DNA of 64,000 bases from Candidatus Aenigmatarchaeota archaeon (GCA_039000985.1 JAWBMD010000001.1:1877-65876); one strand, 5' to 3'; counted from the stretch's first letter, positions 46,870-57,110 are shown. Notes: generated by a model from the sequence alone, not told the origin. Program-made: numbers and translations.

Positions 46870-48076
46870 TTTTTTTCTTTCACTAGTTTTTGGAATAATA
46901 GTTGGTTGTGTTGCTGGTTTGCTTCCCGGCTTGCATACAAACAATTTATTACCAATAGTTTTTTCACTTTCTTTACTTGGTGGAGAAAATGGTGTAATAT
47001 TTATTTCTTCAATGGTTGCTTCTCAATTAATTTTTAACTTTTTAATTGCTACTTTTTTTGGTGCTGCAGACGATGAAGCAAATTCTTTAGCTTCTTTACC
47101 TTCACATAGATTATTGATAAAGGGAGAGGGAATGAAATCTGTTGTTAGCTTGATTTATGGTTCTTTATTAGGTTTTTTGTTTTCAATAGTTTTGCTTGTA
47201 ATTTTTTTCAATTATATTAAGCCAATTTATACTTATTCAAGAAGCATAATAGTTTTTGTAATAATATTTGTTGTTAGCTATTTAATTTTACTAGAAAGAG
47301 AAATTGGTAAAATATTTAAATCATTTTTAATTTTCATTATCTCTGGAATTTTTGGAATTTTGGTATTAAATGGATTGAACATTCCAGAGGAAAGCAAACT
47401 ATTACCATGTTTTACAGGTTTATTTGGTATAAGTTCTTTATTAACAAGTATTTATACAAAAACAAAGCTACAAAAGCAAAAAACTGATTTTAATTTAGGT
47501 TTAAATAAGATAAACATATTAAAAGCATCTTTTGCTGGTAGTATAGCTGGGTTTTTAGTAGGTTTATTACCAGGAATTGGGGTAGCACAAGGAATTATTT
47601 TAGTATCAAGCTTTTTTAAAATTTCTAATCCTGTAGGGTTTTTATTAGTACAGGGTTCTGTTGCTTCTAGCGATAATATATTTTCAACAGCTGCAGTTTA
47701 CTTAATAGGTAATCCTAGAAGTGGAGCAAGTGTTTATTTAGAAAGAATTGTTGATAAGTTAGAAATAAAGCATCTTTTTTTAGTTTTATTTTCTTTTGGT
47801 ATTTCATTAGCTTTATCTTCATTTTTCGTTTTTAAACTATCACCTTTAGTTTTTAAGTTAATAGAAAAAATTGATTATAAAACAGTTAATATTTCAGTAA
47901 TATCTTTTTTAGTTTTCATAGTTTTTATTTTTTCTGGTTTTATTGGTTTATATTTACTTTTCATTGCTACATTAATTGGTTTTTTAAATATTAAGTTTAA
48001 TGTAAATAGAAGCTTTTCAATGGGATTTTTAATTTTACCAACTATTTTATTTTTCTTTAACTACTTTTACATATAA
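46862..48076 (+). CDS. TctA-family (DUF112) polytopic membrane protein
   Basis: Repeated GxxxGLLPGxG motifs (GCVAGLLPGLHTNNL; GSIAGFLVGLLPGIGVAQGIIL). About 12 TM helices. Confidence 0.55.
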   Translation: MFNFFLSLVFGIIVGCVAGLLPGLHTNNLLPIVFSLSLLGGENGVIFISSMVASQLIFNFLIATFFGAADDEANSLASLPSHRLLIKGEGMKSVVSLIYGSLLGFLFSIVLLVIFFNYIKPIYTYSRSIIVFVIIFVVSYLILLEREIGKIFKSFLIFIISGIFGILVLNGLNIPEESKLLPCFTGLFGISSLLTSIYTKTKLQKQKTDFNLGLNKINILKASFAGSIAGFLVGLLPGIGVAQGIILVSSFFKISNPVGFLLVQGSVASSDNIFSTAAVYLIGNPRSGASVYLERIVDKLEIKHLFLVLFSFGISLALSSFFVFKLSPLVFKLIEKIDYKTVNISVISFLVFIVFIFSGFIGLYLLFIATLIGFLNIKFNVNRSFSMGFLILPTILFFFNYFYI

Positions 48077-48079
48077 ATT

Positions 48080-49483
48080 ATGGGAAGTCAGGAATTTTTT
48101 ATAATTATCGGAGTTATAGTTGTTAGCTTATTATTTTTTTCAATAATTTATTTCAATATAGGAGAAAGAGCTAGAGAAAGTATAAAAAATCAAGTTAAAG
48201 CAGAAGCAAGTGAGTTAACTTCTTTAGTTTACAGAGTTTTTAACGATCCAGCAAAATATTTAAAATATTGTGTACCTGTAAATTTAGCGAATATAACAAT
48301 AGAAAAAGGAATATTTAAATATGAGAGACAAGGATTTAGTTTTATCAATGCATTACCACCAAATATTTCCGATGCAACTCTTTCAGATATTACTGATTTT
48401 TGTATTGTTAAAACCGATAGCATGATAAAAATTTTAGGTACTGCTCCTACTTGTGAAATAGATAGAATTTGTTCAATTGATGAATGTAAAGAAAACTGTA
48501 TTGATTGTTATGGTCCAGCAAATATTTGTATTGGAGATAAGTATTGTAATAAAGAGATTGGTGAAAATTGTGGAAAATCACCAAATGATTGTAGTTGTAA
48601 TAATTTCGGTTCTGATTACACATGTTGTCCAGAGGATCCCTCTTCAAACGAATATGGTTGTATTGATAAAACCAGACAAAATAAGAAAAGAGGTGAGGAA
48701 TGTTTTTGTAGCAATCAATGTGAAGCAGGTTTAGAATGCAATCCCGTCGCACCTTCTTTTACAAAATACAAAAAAGCTTGTTGTGATCCAGGAAAGGGTT
48801 GGAATGGAACTGATTGCACATCTATTGAGAAAAAATTGAAAGTACTATTTGTGCCTGTAAATTGGGATAGTGATTTCTCATCATTTGATAGCGTTGCAAA
48901 AAATCATTTCGATTTTTTAATAAAAAATATTCCGTTATCAGCTTGTCCAGAAAAGGCAGAAGCAAAATTTTTACATAATAACTGCAAATTTACTATGACG
49001 TGTGATTGTTCCGATCTTTTGAAAATCCAACAATGTGCAAGAGCTTCGGGAGAAACTTATGATTATATAATGGGTTTAGAAGATAGTAATGTATGCGATA
49101 GTGTGGCTGGATTTTCTTGTGGATTTGGTGTTGTTTTTGGAGAATCTCCTTATGTTTTAGTAACTACACACGAATTAGGTCATGAATGGGGGTTAAATGA
49201 TGAATATATAGATGCATGTAGATGTGGATTCGGTCTTGTTAATCCAAATGCTAATTGTCTGAGGTCTCGGCTTCATGGAGATGATGCTGTTCCACCCTAT
49301 ACTCGAGATTATTGTAGTGAAAAGGGAACAAAATGTCCATCAGGATATTCTATAACATGTATGGGAAATCAAAACAAATTGGGTGGAAGAGATATTATGA
49401 GTTTTGCTAATGCGCCAGGTCCTCGTGCTTTTGCAGAAGAAAGCTGGAATTATTTATTAACGGTTCCAATTATAAATTGTTAA
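48080..49483 (+). CDS. Membrane-anchored cysteine-rich zinc metalloprotease (HExxH zincin)
   Basis: N-terminal TM. About 40 Cys in EGF-like spacing. HELGHEWGLNDEY zincin motif. Confidence 0.55.
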   Translation: MGSQEFFIIIGVIVVSLLFFSIIYFNIGERARESIKNQVKAEASELTSLVYRVFNDPAKYLKYCVPVNLANITIEKGIFKYERQGFSFINALPPNISDATLSDITDFCIVKTDSMIKILGTAPTCEIDRICSIDECKENCIDCYGPANICIGDKYCNKEIGENCGKSPNDCSCNNFGSDYTCCPEDPSSNEYGCIDKTRQNKKRGEECFCSNQCEAGLECNPVAPSFTKYKKACCDPGKGWNGTDCTSIEKKLKVLFVPVNWDSDFSSFDSVAKNHFDFLIKNIPLSACPEKAEAKFLHNNCKFTMTCDCSDLLKIQQCARASGETYDYIMGLEDSNVCDSVAGFSCGFGVVFGESPYVLVTTHELGHEWGLNDEYIDACRCGFGLVNPNANCLRSRLHGDDAVPPYTRDYCSEKGTKCPSGYSITCMGNQNKLGGRDIMSFANAPGPRAFAEESWNYLLTVPIINC

Positions 49484-49484
49484 A

Positions 49485-50387
49485 ATGGTTAGCAAAAAAA
49501 TTCTACACTCATTTTTGATTATTTTCTCATTTTTAATTATTGTACAATTAACTTATGCTGAAACAATTTTATCTTTACAGTTTAATGTATCTAAAGACGA
49601 TACTGTAATTCTAGAAGAGATAAAGGTAATGGAGGGAAGATCTACACAATATTTTGTTCCAGGTGATTATAAAATTCAGCTATTAGATAGTGGTAAAGAG
49701 GTTATATTTGAAAAATCTATTAATATAGTATTTTTTATACTTTCGGAACCACCAATACCAGTAGATAGTATGATAGTTAGCTTAAGAGTAACTTATAATC
49801 CAGATATGAGATATGTTAGGTTACTTCATAATGAAAAAGAAATATTTTTCAGTGAAATAATTGTATGTAACAATAATAAAGTATGTGAAGCTTCGGAGAG
49901 TTATTTAAGTTGTCCTTCTGATTGTCCTTTGAATTTACCAGATGGTATATGTATTAAGGATAAAGATGGAATTTGTGATCCAGACTGTGCTCCAAATGTG
50001 GACCCAGATTGTATAGAGAAAGTTTCTATTTGCGGTAACAAGGTTTGTGAAAGTAATGAAACATATCAAAATTGTTGTATAGATTGTGGTTGTCCAAAAG
50101 GACTAATCTGTAAAAACAATTTTTGTATAGAGGATAGATGTGGTAATAAAATTTGTGAAAGTTTTTCTCCATATAACGAAAATTATGTGAATTGTCCGAA
50201 GGATTGCCCTTCCGGAAGTAAAGATAATTATTGTGATGCCATAGCAGATGGAAAATGTGACCCAGATTGTGAAAAAAATAAAGATATAGATTGTATTAAA
50301 CCATCAACAACATGGATTTATTTTTTGATTATTGGTGTAATTGTTGTTTTGGTAATATTTATATTTTTGTTAACAAAAAGGGAATAA
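49485..50387 (+). CDS. Secreted Cys-repeat protein with C-terminal TM anchor
   Basis: Signal peptide. Three modules of CxNK[VI]CE(x)nY..CP.DC. C-terminal TM WIYFLIIGVIVVLVIFIFLL plus a basic tail. Confidence 0.45.
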   Translation: MVSKKILHSFLIIFSFLIIVQLTYAETILSLQFNVSKDDTVILEEIKVMEGRSTQYFVPGDYKIQLLDSGKEVIFEKSINIVFFILSEPPIPVDSMIVSLRVTYNPDMRYVRLLHNEKEIFFSEIIVCNNNKVCEASESYLSCPSDCPLNLPDGICIKDKDGICDPDCAPNVDPDCIEKVSICGNKVCESNETYQNCCIDCGCPKGLICKNNFCIEDRCGNKICESFSPYNENYVNCPKDCPSGSKDNYCDAIADGKCDPDCEKNKDIDCIKPSTTWIYFLIIGVIVVLVIFIFLLTKRE

Positions 50388-50423
50388 CCTAATTTATTTT
50401 TTAAATATCTTAAAAATACTTTA

Positions 50424-51122
50424 ATGAAGATAAAAAAGTTACATTCAGATAATGAAAAAATGGTGTTTTTAGTAGATGGAATAGATTATTCTTTTGCAAA
50501 TGGTTTAAGGAGGATTTTTATGAACATGGTACCAACTTTGGCTATAGAATATGTTGATTTTATAGAGAATGACTCTGTTATTAACGATGAGGTGCTTGCT
50601 CATAGGTTAGGGTTAATTCCATTAACTTTTGAGAAAAATCTTTTGGTAATGAGAGAAGATTGTAGTTGTAAAGGTAAAGGATGTAGCAATTGCATGGTTG
50701 AGTTAAGAATAAAAAAGGAAGGTCCTTGTACTGTTTATTCGAGAGATTTAATATCTTCAGAATCATCTGTAAAACCATTGTATGATAATATAATTATATG
50801 TAGATTAGCTTCTGGTATGAAGCTTGAGCTAATTGCATATGCTTTTTTGGGAATTGGAGAAGAAAGTCCAAAATGGCAAGCATCTTTAGCTACATATGTT
50901 AATGTTGTTAAAGAACAAAAAGGCAAAACAAAGAAATGCTGGACACAAGATTATGGTATTTATTGTGTTGAATGTTTCGAAGATTTAAAAGATATTGAGG
51001 TAGAAAAGGATAAGTTTTTGTTTTATGTTGAAAGTGTTTCTGGTTTAACTACTGAAAGAGTTGTTGAAGAAGGTTTAGAGTTTGCCAAAAAATATTTAGG
51101 AAAAGTTAAAAAAGTTTTATGA
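50424..51122 (+). CDS. rpoD: DNA-directed RNA polymerase subunit D (Rpo3)
   Basis: ANGLRR motif and Fe-S cysteine cluster CSCKGKGCSNC. Confidence 0.8.
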   Translation: MKIKKLHSDNEKMVFLVDGIDYSFANGLRRIFMNMVPTLAIEYVDFIENDSVINDEVLAHRLGLIPLTFEKNLLVMREDCSCKGKGCSNCMVELRIKKEGPCTVYSRDLISSESSVKPLYDNIIICRLASGMKLELIAYAFLGIGEESPKWQASLATYVNVVKEQKGKTKKCWTQDYGIYCVECFEDLKDIEVEKDKFLFYVESVSGLTTERVVEEGLEFAKKYLGKVKKVL

Positions 51123-51610
51123 AAAAAATATTAGCAATTTCTGATTCACATGTAAATAATTTATCTCAGCTTCCTGTTGAGCTAGTTCAAATTTTTAAAG
51201 ATTTTGATTTTATTGTTCATTGTGGAGATTTTACTGGCATAAAAATTGTTCAAGAATTAAAAGAGTTTAAAAATTTTTTTGGTGTTGTTGGAAATGTAGA
51301 TGATTTTGAAATATCTAAAATTTTAGATAAAAAAGTTGTTTTTGATATAAATGGCTTTAAAATAGGAATTATACATCCTTATGAAGGTGGACCACCAATA
51401 AATATTAAAACAAGGATTTTAAAAAGTTTTGGTAATGAAAAACTTGATTTAATTATATTTGGACATACTCATTTTGCAGAAATATCAGAATTCAATTCAG
51501 TTAAATTTGTTAATCCCGGTAGTTGTACAGGAAAATTACCAGCTTTGTTTAAAAGTTATGCTATAATAGAAATAGATAATGAAATTAAAGCTAGAATTGT
51601 AAGGTATTGA
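51119..51610 (+). CDS. Calcineurin-like metallophosphoesterase (YfcE/MJ0936 family)
   Basis: ISDSH, HCGDF, GNVD, GHTH motifs. Confidence 0.75.
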   Translation: MKKILAISDSHVNNLSQLPVELVQIFKDFDFIVHCGDFTGIKIVQELKEFKNFFGVVGNVDDFEISKILDKKVVFDINGFKIGIIHPYEGGPPINIKTRILKSFGNEKLDLIIFGHTHFAEISEFNSVKFVNPGSCTGKLPALFKSYAIIEIDNEIKARIVRY

Positions 51611-54212
51611 AAATAACTTTTTTTGATAAAGTGTTGTTATAAGAGAAATATAAATCTCCATCACAATAAACACATCTGCAAGATAATGGTATTGTTTGAT
51701 ATTCTTTCTCACATTTTTTACAAACTATTTTATCAAAGCTTTCTAAAAATTCCTTAACTTCTTTTTTATTATTAATTATTTTTGCTATTTCAAGTTTTGT
51801 TTGTTTACCAATTTCTTTTATATCACTAACATTTGCTCCTATTGCTTCCATTATTCTTTCTATTGGTGGAAATAGTTGGCTTTTTATGTAATAATCATAA
51901 TCTATTTCCAATCCTTCTCTTTTAACAAAATTAGGATCTTCAGCTCTTTTTGATAAAATTTCACCACCTTTTACTATAACAAAGCTTATTCTATCACCAA
52001 CTCCAGGTATTCTTTTTTCTCCCCTCTCTTTCATTTTTTTAATTAGTTCTATATGTGGCTGAATTCCTTTATAATTTGTTTTAGAAATACCTTTTGTTAT
52101 TAATAGTTTTTCTAAAGGTATTTTACCTTCTCTAAGATTTTTAACAATTTCTTTAAATCTGTTAACAGCTTTTTCAACATTCTTTTCTTTTAATATAGTG
52201 CTAACAACTTCTTCTAAAGTATCTGTAACTAAATCACACCAATCTCTTCTAACTGTTTCTATTCCTTTCATAACAATTTTTTCATTACCATTTTCATCAA
52301 CAGAAAGAGCAGCATATCTTTTTTTAGTTAAAATTATAATGCTTTTGAAAATACTCTCTATTTTCATTTTCAAATTCTCATATTTTATATTTACAATATT
52401 CTCCAATTCTTTAGCTTTTTCAAAAGCTAACTTTATATCATCTGTATCAAGTTTAACCATTATAGAATCTGTATCTCCATAAATAACTTTATAATTTGTT
52501 TCTTTCTCGATAGTTTCCTTCATTTCTGTTATTAATTTTCTACCGTTCGCTGTTATTGAGTTAGCTATTTCCAATATATACAATCTACCAGAAACAAAAC
52601 CCGTATAACCATAAAATGCATTTGCTATTCTTTTAAAAGCCTCTTGCATAGCATCCAGTTTTTCTCTCATAATTTCGTCTTTTTCATTTTTTAGCGAGCT
52701 CTTTATTTTATTTCTTTCTTCAATCATCCTTTTTAAAATTTTTGGATATATACCCTCTCTAACATTTTTAGAAACAAATTTTGGAATTCCATTTTCTATA
52801 ATAAGTGTTGTTGGACAAATGTTAAAACTTATTATTATGTTTGGGTACATGCTTGCAAAATCTAAGTAAACTATGCATTTATCATGAAAACCTATTTGTG
52901 GTTGCAACACTAATCCACCTTCCAATCCCTTAGCTTCTTTTTCCTTTTCTCTTTCCAATTTAATTTTTTCTGATGGTTTGTTTGGCATTACAAAATCACG
53001 TTTATTAAATTCTTTAAGCAAAAGGAATTCTATTTTTGAGGCTTCTCCACCATCAAGTATATCTTGTAACAATAAACCACTAACTTTGCTTAGAGCAATA
53101 TATTTATCAAGCATTTTATATTTCAAAAACAGTTTAAAGGCAAGTTCTGAATCTTTTCTAGCATATTCTATTACTTTTTTTGGATTTTCATACCAGTATT
53201 TTTCTATTTCGCTATGAGATATATCTATTTTGCTTTCATTTAACAAAAAGTTTGCCACACTGTTTAAGTCAAATCTTTTCAATTTTTTGAAAAAACCAAC
53301 TTTTACTAATTCTTTTATAATTTTATAGCTATCTACAATAAATCTACCAACTATATGATTTTTATATTTGTTTTCTCTTAGTTTTTTTGATGAAGCTGAT
53401 TTTTCTTCTGCTCTTCCCATTATCGGCTTTATATTTAGTTTTTTCATTCTGTTTATTAGATATGGTAAATCGAAATCATTTATGTTATACCCAACTATAA
53501 AATCTGGATCAAAATCTTTAACTATTTCTAAAAACTTCTTTAGCATTTCTTTTTCATCTTCAAAACAAATTACATCAACTTCACTATTTTTAATAATTTT
53601 TGAAGTCAAAATTAGACTATTTTTTTCGTTGTAGTGTGGATAAAAGAAAAGGGAAATAATTATTATTTCCCCTTCTGCAGTTTCTACATTTGGACTACCT
53701 ATACATTCTATATCTATTGTCAAGAATTTAAAATTAGCATTTTTTTCTTCATTCAAGTTCTCAAAGCTTTCCGCTTCATATGCTTCATTTACATATAAAG
53801 AGTTCGAATTTATTCTTTTACCTTTAATTTTTATCCAATTCATTCCATTAATGTTGAAATCTGCTGCAAATCTATATTTAAACAATATATCAGCTTCAAA
53901 TGTTTCCACCTTTATTTTATTTCTAATATTCGGTACATCTGCCGGATTTGATAAATAAACTTTCATAAGCTTTGTTTTATTTTCATTAAATCCTATTGGT
54001 AAAAATTTTTCTACAATTTCAGATTTTATAAAATGAGGTTCCTTTAAAATTTCTTCGTTTAAAGAATTTATGTAAAAATATGGATAAAATTTTTTGTATA
54101 TTACACAAACTGTTTTACCATCTTCTTTTTTTCCAAATATTCTTATTATTGGTACTTTTTCGCTTTTAGAATAAACATAATCTATGTCAAATACTTGAAA
54201 GGATACTTCCAC
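51591..54212 (-). CDS. polB: DNA polymerase, family B
   Basis: Exo I DIE, YGDTDS Pol C motif, KxxxNSxYG motif. C-terminal Cys4 zinc finger. 873 aa with no intein. Confidence 0.9.
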   Translation of the reverse strand: MEVSFQVFDIDYVYSKSEKVPIIRIFGKKEDGKTVCVIYKKFYPYFYINSLNEEILKEPHFIKSEIVEKFLPIGFNENKTKLMKVYLSNPADVPNIRNKIKVETFEADILFKYRFAADFNINGMNWIKIKGKRINSNSLYVNEAYEAESFENLNEEKNANFKFLTIDIECIGSPNVETAEGEIIIISLFFYPHYNEKNSLILTSKIIKNSEVDVICFEDEKEMLKKFLEIVKDFDPDFIVGYNINDFDLPYLINRMKKLNIKPIMGRAEEKSASSKKLRENKYKNHIVGRFIVDSYKIIKELVKVGFFKKLKRFDLNSVANFLLNESKIDISHSEIEKYWYENPKKVIEYARKDSELAFKLFLKYKMLDKYIALSKVSGLLLQDILDGGEASKIEFLLLKEFNKRDFVMPNKPSEKIKLEREKEKEAKGLEGGLVLQPQIGFHDKCIVYLDFASMYPNIIISFNICPTTLIIENGIPKFVSKNVREGIYPKILKRMIEERNKIKSSLKNEKDEIMREKLDAMQEAFKRIANAFYGYTGFVSGRLYILEIANSITANGRKLITEMKETIEKETNYKVIYGDTDSIMVKLDTDDIKLAFEKAKELENIVNIKYENLKMKIESIFKSIIILTKKRYAALSVDENGNEKIVMKGIETVRRDWCDLVTDTLEEVVSTILKEKNVEKAVNRFKEIVKNLREGKIPLEKLLITKGISKTNYKGIQPHIELIKKMKERGEKRIPGVGDRISFVIVKGGEILSKRAEDPNFVKREGLEIDYDYYIKSQLFPPIERIMEAIGANVSDIKEIGKQTKLEIAKIINNKKEVKEFLESFDKIVCKKCEKEYQTIPLSCRCVYCDGDLYFSYNNTLSKKVIFNTLQF

Positions 54213-54226
54213 AATTTCTTTATTAT

Positions 54227-55186
54227 TTAGAAATTTTTATATATTTCTCTACTTTTTAAGTTTATATCAACAAATGTATTTTCTTTTATATATAATATTG
54301 TTGTACCCTTGTAGTTCAGGCAAATATTGTCAAATTTATTACCATAAACAACTATAAAATCTGGAATTTCTTTAAGCAAAAGAGCATTTGATGGTAGTTT
54401 TTTTATTAATGGGTTTAAATTTCTTTTTTTAACTAAACTTATTATCTCTTTTTCGAAATCATTTTCTATCTTTGTTAAATTTTCATTAACTATTAAAACT
54501 AAAAAATCATTTTCTATTTTTGCCTTTAGCATATTGTTAAAAACTATTGTGTTTTTCCAAATTTTTTTATTATTAAAAAAGTAATAATTGTTGCTTTTTG
54601 GTGTTTCATTACATTCATAACCAAATCTAACAAAAACATCTCTACTAGCTTTTTTAGATTTGGCTAAAGGTATATCCGGATAAACTACTTTTTTTATTTT
54701 ATAATCCTTTACAATAAAGCCAAAAACATCAGATTCAAATATTTTTTCATCAATATCTAATTGTAATTTTATTTTATCTGTATAATCTTCAACTAATATA
54801 TTATCATTATTAACTTCAATTACAATACCTATTATATTACCGCTTTTGTTCTTTTTTAAATTTGATATCGACATTACATTTACCATTTCTATCTTGCTTT
54901 TGATTAAGTTTCTTAAAAATTCAAATCTATCAACAATTATTTTATTAATGCTTTCTATACTAATTTCATTTATACTAATATCACTTTCTATAATTTCAAA
55001 TTCATTTTTTTCAAAGATTTTATTTAATAAATCTAAAGTTATGCATTTATCAGGTATTTTTTCAAATTCAATATTTTTAAACAAATCTTCTAAGCTTTCA
55101 ATTCCCTTTAAATATTCTAATGCTTCGGGAGTTACAGTAAAACCTCTCAGCAAAAATTCCTTTATAATTTCATTTGTTGATAACAT
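54227..55186 (-). CDS. Hypothetical protein with DP1/B-subunit-like N-terminal domain, possibly a degenerate polymerase accessory subunit
   Basis: N-terminus IIKEFLLRGFTVTPEALEYL resembles the PolD small-subunit/eukaryotic B-subunit N-terminal helix bundle. A central OB-like segment follows. Phosphodiesterase His motifs are absent (GNKFD instead of GNHD). It sits immediately upstream of polB and is co-oriented. Confidence 0.35.
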   Translation of the reverse strand: MLSTNEIIKEFLLRGFTVTPEALEYLKGIESLEDLFKNIEFEKIPDKCITLDLLNKIFEKNEFEIIESDISINEISIESINKIIVDRFEFLRNLIKSKIEMVNVMSISNLKKNKSGNIIGIVIEVNNDNILVEDYTDKIKLQLDIDEKIFESDVFGFIVKDYKIKKVVYPDIPLAKSKKASRDVFVRFGYECNETPKSNNYYFFNNKKIWKNTIVFNNMLKAKIENDFLVLIVNENLTKIENDFEKEIISLVKKRNLNPLIKKLPSNALLLKEIPDFIVVYGNKFDNICLNYKGTTILYIKENTFVDINLKSREIYKNF

Positions 55187-55400
55187 AAAGTCTTGTTTTT
55201 TTTGTTTTACTTGAATTTATTTCAAATACTTTAACTTTTCCAATAGATATTAATTCATTAATATATTTTTTCGCTGTTCCCCAATTCAAGTTACAAATTT
55301 TTGATATTTTAAGCAAAGTTAATGGATATTTTGAACTAGATAAAACTTCTAAAATTTTCTTTTGAGTTTCAAATCTTTTAGAAGGCCTTCCAACTTTCAT
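55170..55400 (-). CDS. Small winged-helix transcriptional regulator
   Basis: 76 aa wHTH (LTLLKISKICNLNWGTAKKYINEL). Confidence 0.5.
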   Translation of the reverse strand: MKVGRPSKRFETQKKILEVLSSSKYPLTLLKISKICNLNWGTAKKYINELISIGKVKVFEINSSKTKKTRLYVINK

Positions 55401-56599
55401 ATAAAGCCTCTTATTTTACCATTACATAACGCTTTTATAAACTTATCTGTATTGTTTATTTTGTTTTCAACAATATTAGATATTTCTTTTTCATCAACCT
55501 CTTTTTTATTCTTAGGTATTAATTGCACGGAAATTAATTCTGGATCAGAAACAGGTTTACCTATTTTGCTAACTAGCCATACATATACTTCCTCTAAGTA
55601 ATCATCAAACTTCTCATAAATTTCTTTTGCCATTTCTAGTGAAAGAAAGTTATATATTTTTCCAACATGAATTAAAGGATTTTTTCCAGCAGCAGCTTCA
55701 TTGCTTATTGGTCTAAATAACGAAAATACACCATTCACTTTATTACCTCTACCAACTTGTCCACTATCTGCATTTTCTGCACAAGTTCCAGTAACTGTTA
55801 AATACAATCCATTAACCCCTCTCCCCCTTTGATCTAAGGTATTTATATCTATTCCAACATTAACATCAAAGAATTTTTTTATTAAATCTTTAATTTCTTC
55901 TTTTATTTCATCTTTAGTTCTAAAATATTCCTCTTCATTCTTTATAAATCTATCGATTATAGCAATTGCTATTATTAAGTTTATTTCACTATTTTTTCTT
56001 ATTCCCATTATTTTAATATCTTCTCCAGATTCTGGAAATTCTTTTTTAAATTTTTTAGAGTTCATATATCTTTCTGTTTTTATTAATATTTCTTCAAGCT
56101 TTGTTAAAGGCCAATAACCAACACAAGCAGATGTATCGTTAGAACCTAAGGTTTTTTCATATTTTCTTTTAAATATATCTACAAGTGAAGCAGAACCTTC
56201 TTTAACCTCTATATAATATTTTACATGCTTTTCTTCAACAAATCTCATATTTTTCTTAAACCAGTTTTTGGCAGAATTTATTAATATTTTTTCAACATCT
56301 ATTTTTTCATTATCAACTTTAAATGTTGCTCTGTCACCAAAAATAAATTTCATTGGCTTTAAAACTTTTCCACCACCAAACTTACTAATTGCTTTTCCAG
56401 CTGATAGAAAAGCTTTATCTATATTGAAATGTAAAACTCTTCCAAACTTCTTCTTATATTCTTTTGATAGATTAATAGAAGCTTCTTCGCAAATTAAATC
56501 ACATATTGTATCTGGATGTCCTATTCCTTTTCTTTCAGCAATTTCAGTTCTTAATTTTGAAATTGGTATGTTGTTTACTTTTTCTACAAAAATTTTCAT
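55397..56599 (-). CDS. mat: S-adenosylmethionine synthetase, archaeal type
   Basis: Archaeal MAT family signature regions (GHPDT; long 400-aa form). Confidence 0.85.
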   Translation of the reverse strand: MKIFVEKVNNIPISKLRTEIAERKGIGHPDTICDLICEEASINLSKEYKKKFGRVLHFNIDKAFLSAGKAISKFGGGKVLKPMKFIFGDRATFKVDNEKIDVEKILINSAKNWFKKNMRFVEEKHVKYYIEVKEGSASLVDIFKRKYEKTLGSNDTSACVGYWPLTKLEEILIKTERYMNSKKFKKEFPESGEDIKIMGIRKNSEINLIIAIAIIDRFIKNEEEYFRTKDEIKEEIKDLIKKFFDVNVGIDINTLDQRGRGVNGLYLTVTGTCAENADSGQVGRGNKVNGVFSLFRPISNEAAAGKNPLIHVGKIYNFLSLEMAKEIYEKFDDYLEEVYVWLVSKIGKPVSDPELISVQLIPKNKKEVDEKEISNIVENKINNTDKFIKALCNGKIRGFI

Positions 56600-56723
56600 A
56601 AAGGATTTATAAAATATTTATTTAAATTTTAAGTATGAAAACTTTTTGAATTATGTTCTAATTAGCTATGCATAAAAGTGATGAAGAGCATAGAATTTAT
56701 TGCTGTTTTGTTGATTCAATAAT

Positions 56724-57110
56724 TTAAGGTAATTTAACAAAAACTACTAGCTTTTTAATTTCAGGATTATTATAATCACCACCTATTAAAAATGGAATTG
56801 CTAAAACATTTTTAGACAATATATCTTTTTGATAACTTTCTGTAGCATTAAATATATCAACTTCTATTTCAAAATTTCCTGGTAAAATTTCTAGGAGGAG
56901 ATTTTCTATCATAGTTTTATTATTTTCCATTATATATTTTCTAAGGTTTTTTGTTTTAATAAGGCTATTAACGCTTTCATAAACTAATAATTTCATTTTT
57001 ATGTCTATTTTTTCTTGTTCTAATCTAGTTAGTGAAGTTGAAATAAGTATTATGAAAAGAATTGCTAAAAAAGCTATTATTACTTCCAAAATTGCACTTA
57101 AAGATTTCAT
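56724..57110 (-). CDS. Pilin-like protein with class III signal peptide
   Basis: MKSLSAILEVIIAFLAILFIIL N-terminus. Confidence 0.45.
   Translation of the reverse strand: MKSLSAILEVIIAFLAILFIILISTSLTRLEQEKIDIKMKLLVYESVNSLIKTKNLRKYIMENNKTMIENLLLEILPGNFEIEVDIFNATESYQKDILSKNVLAIPFLIGGDYNNPEIKKLVVFVKLP

Noticed and set aside
48080-48170. The N-terminus of the zincin, MGSQEFFIIIGVIVVSLLFF, considered as a class III (pilin-type) signal peptide.
   Set aside because: It lacks the basic n-region and the conserved KG/KA cleavage context. A simple N-terminal signal anchor is the more conservative reading.
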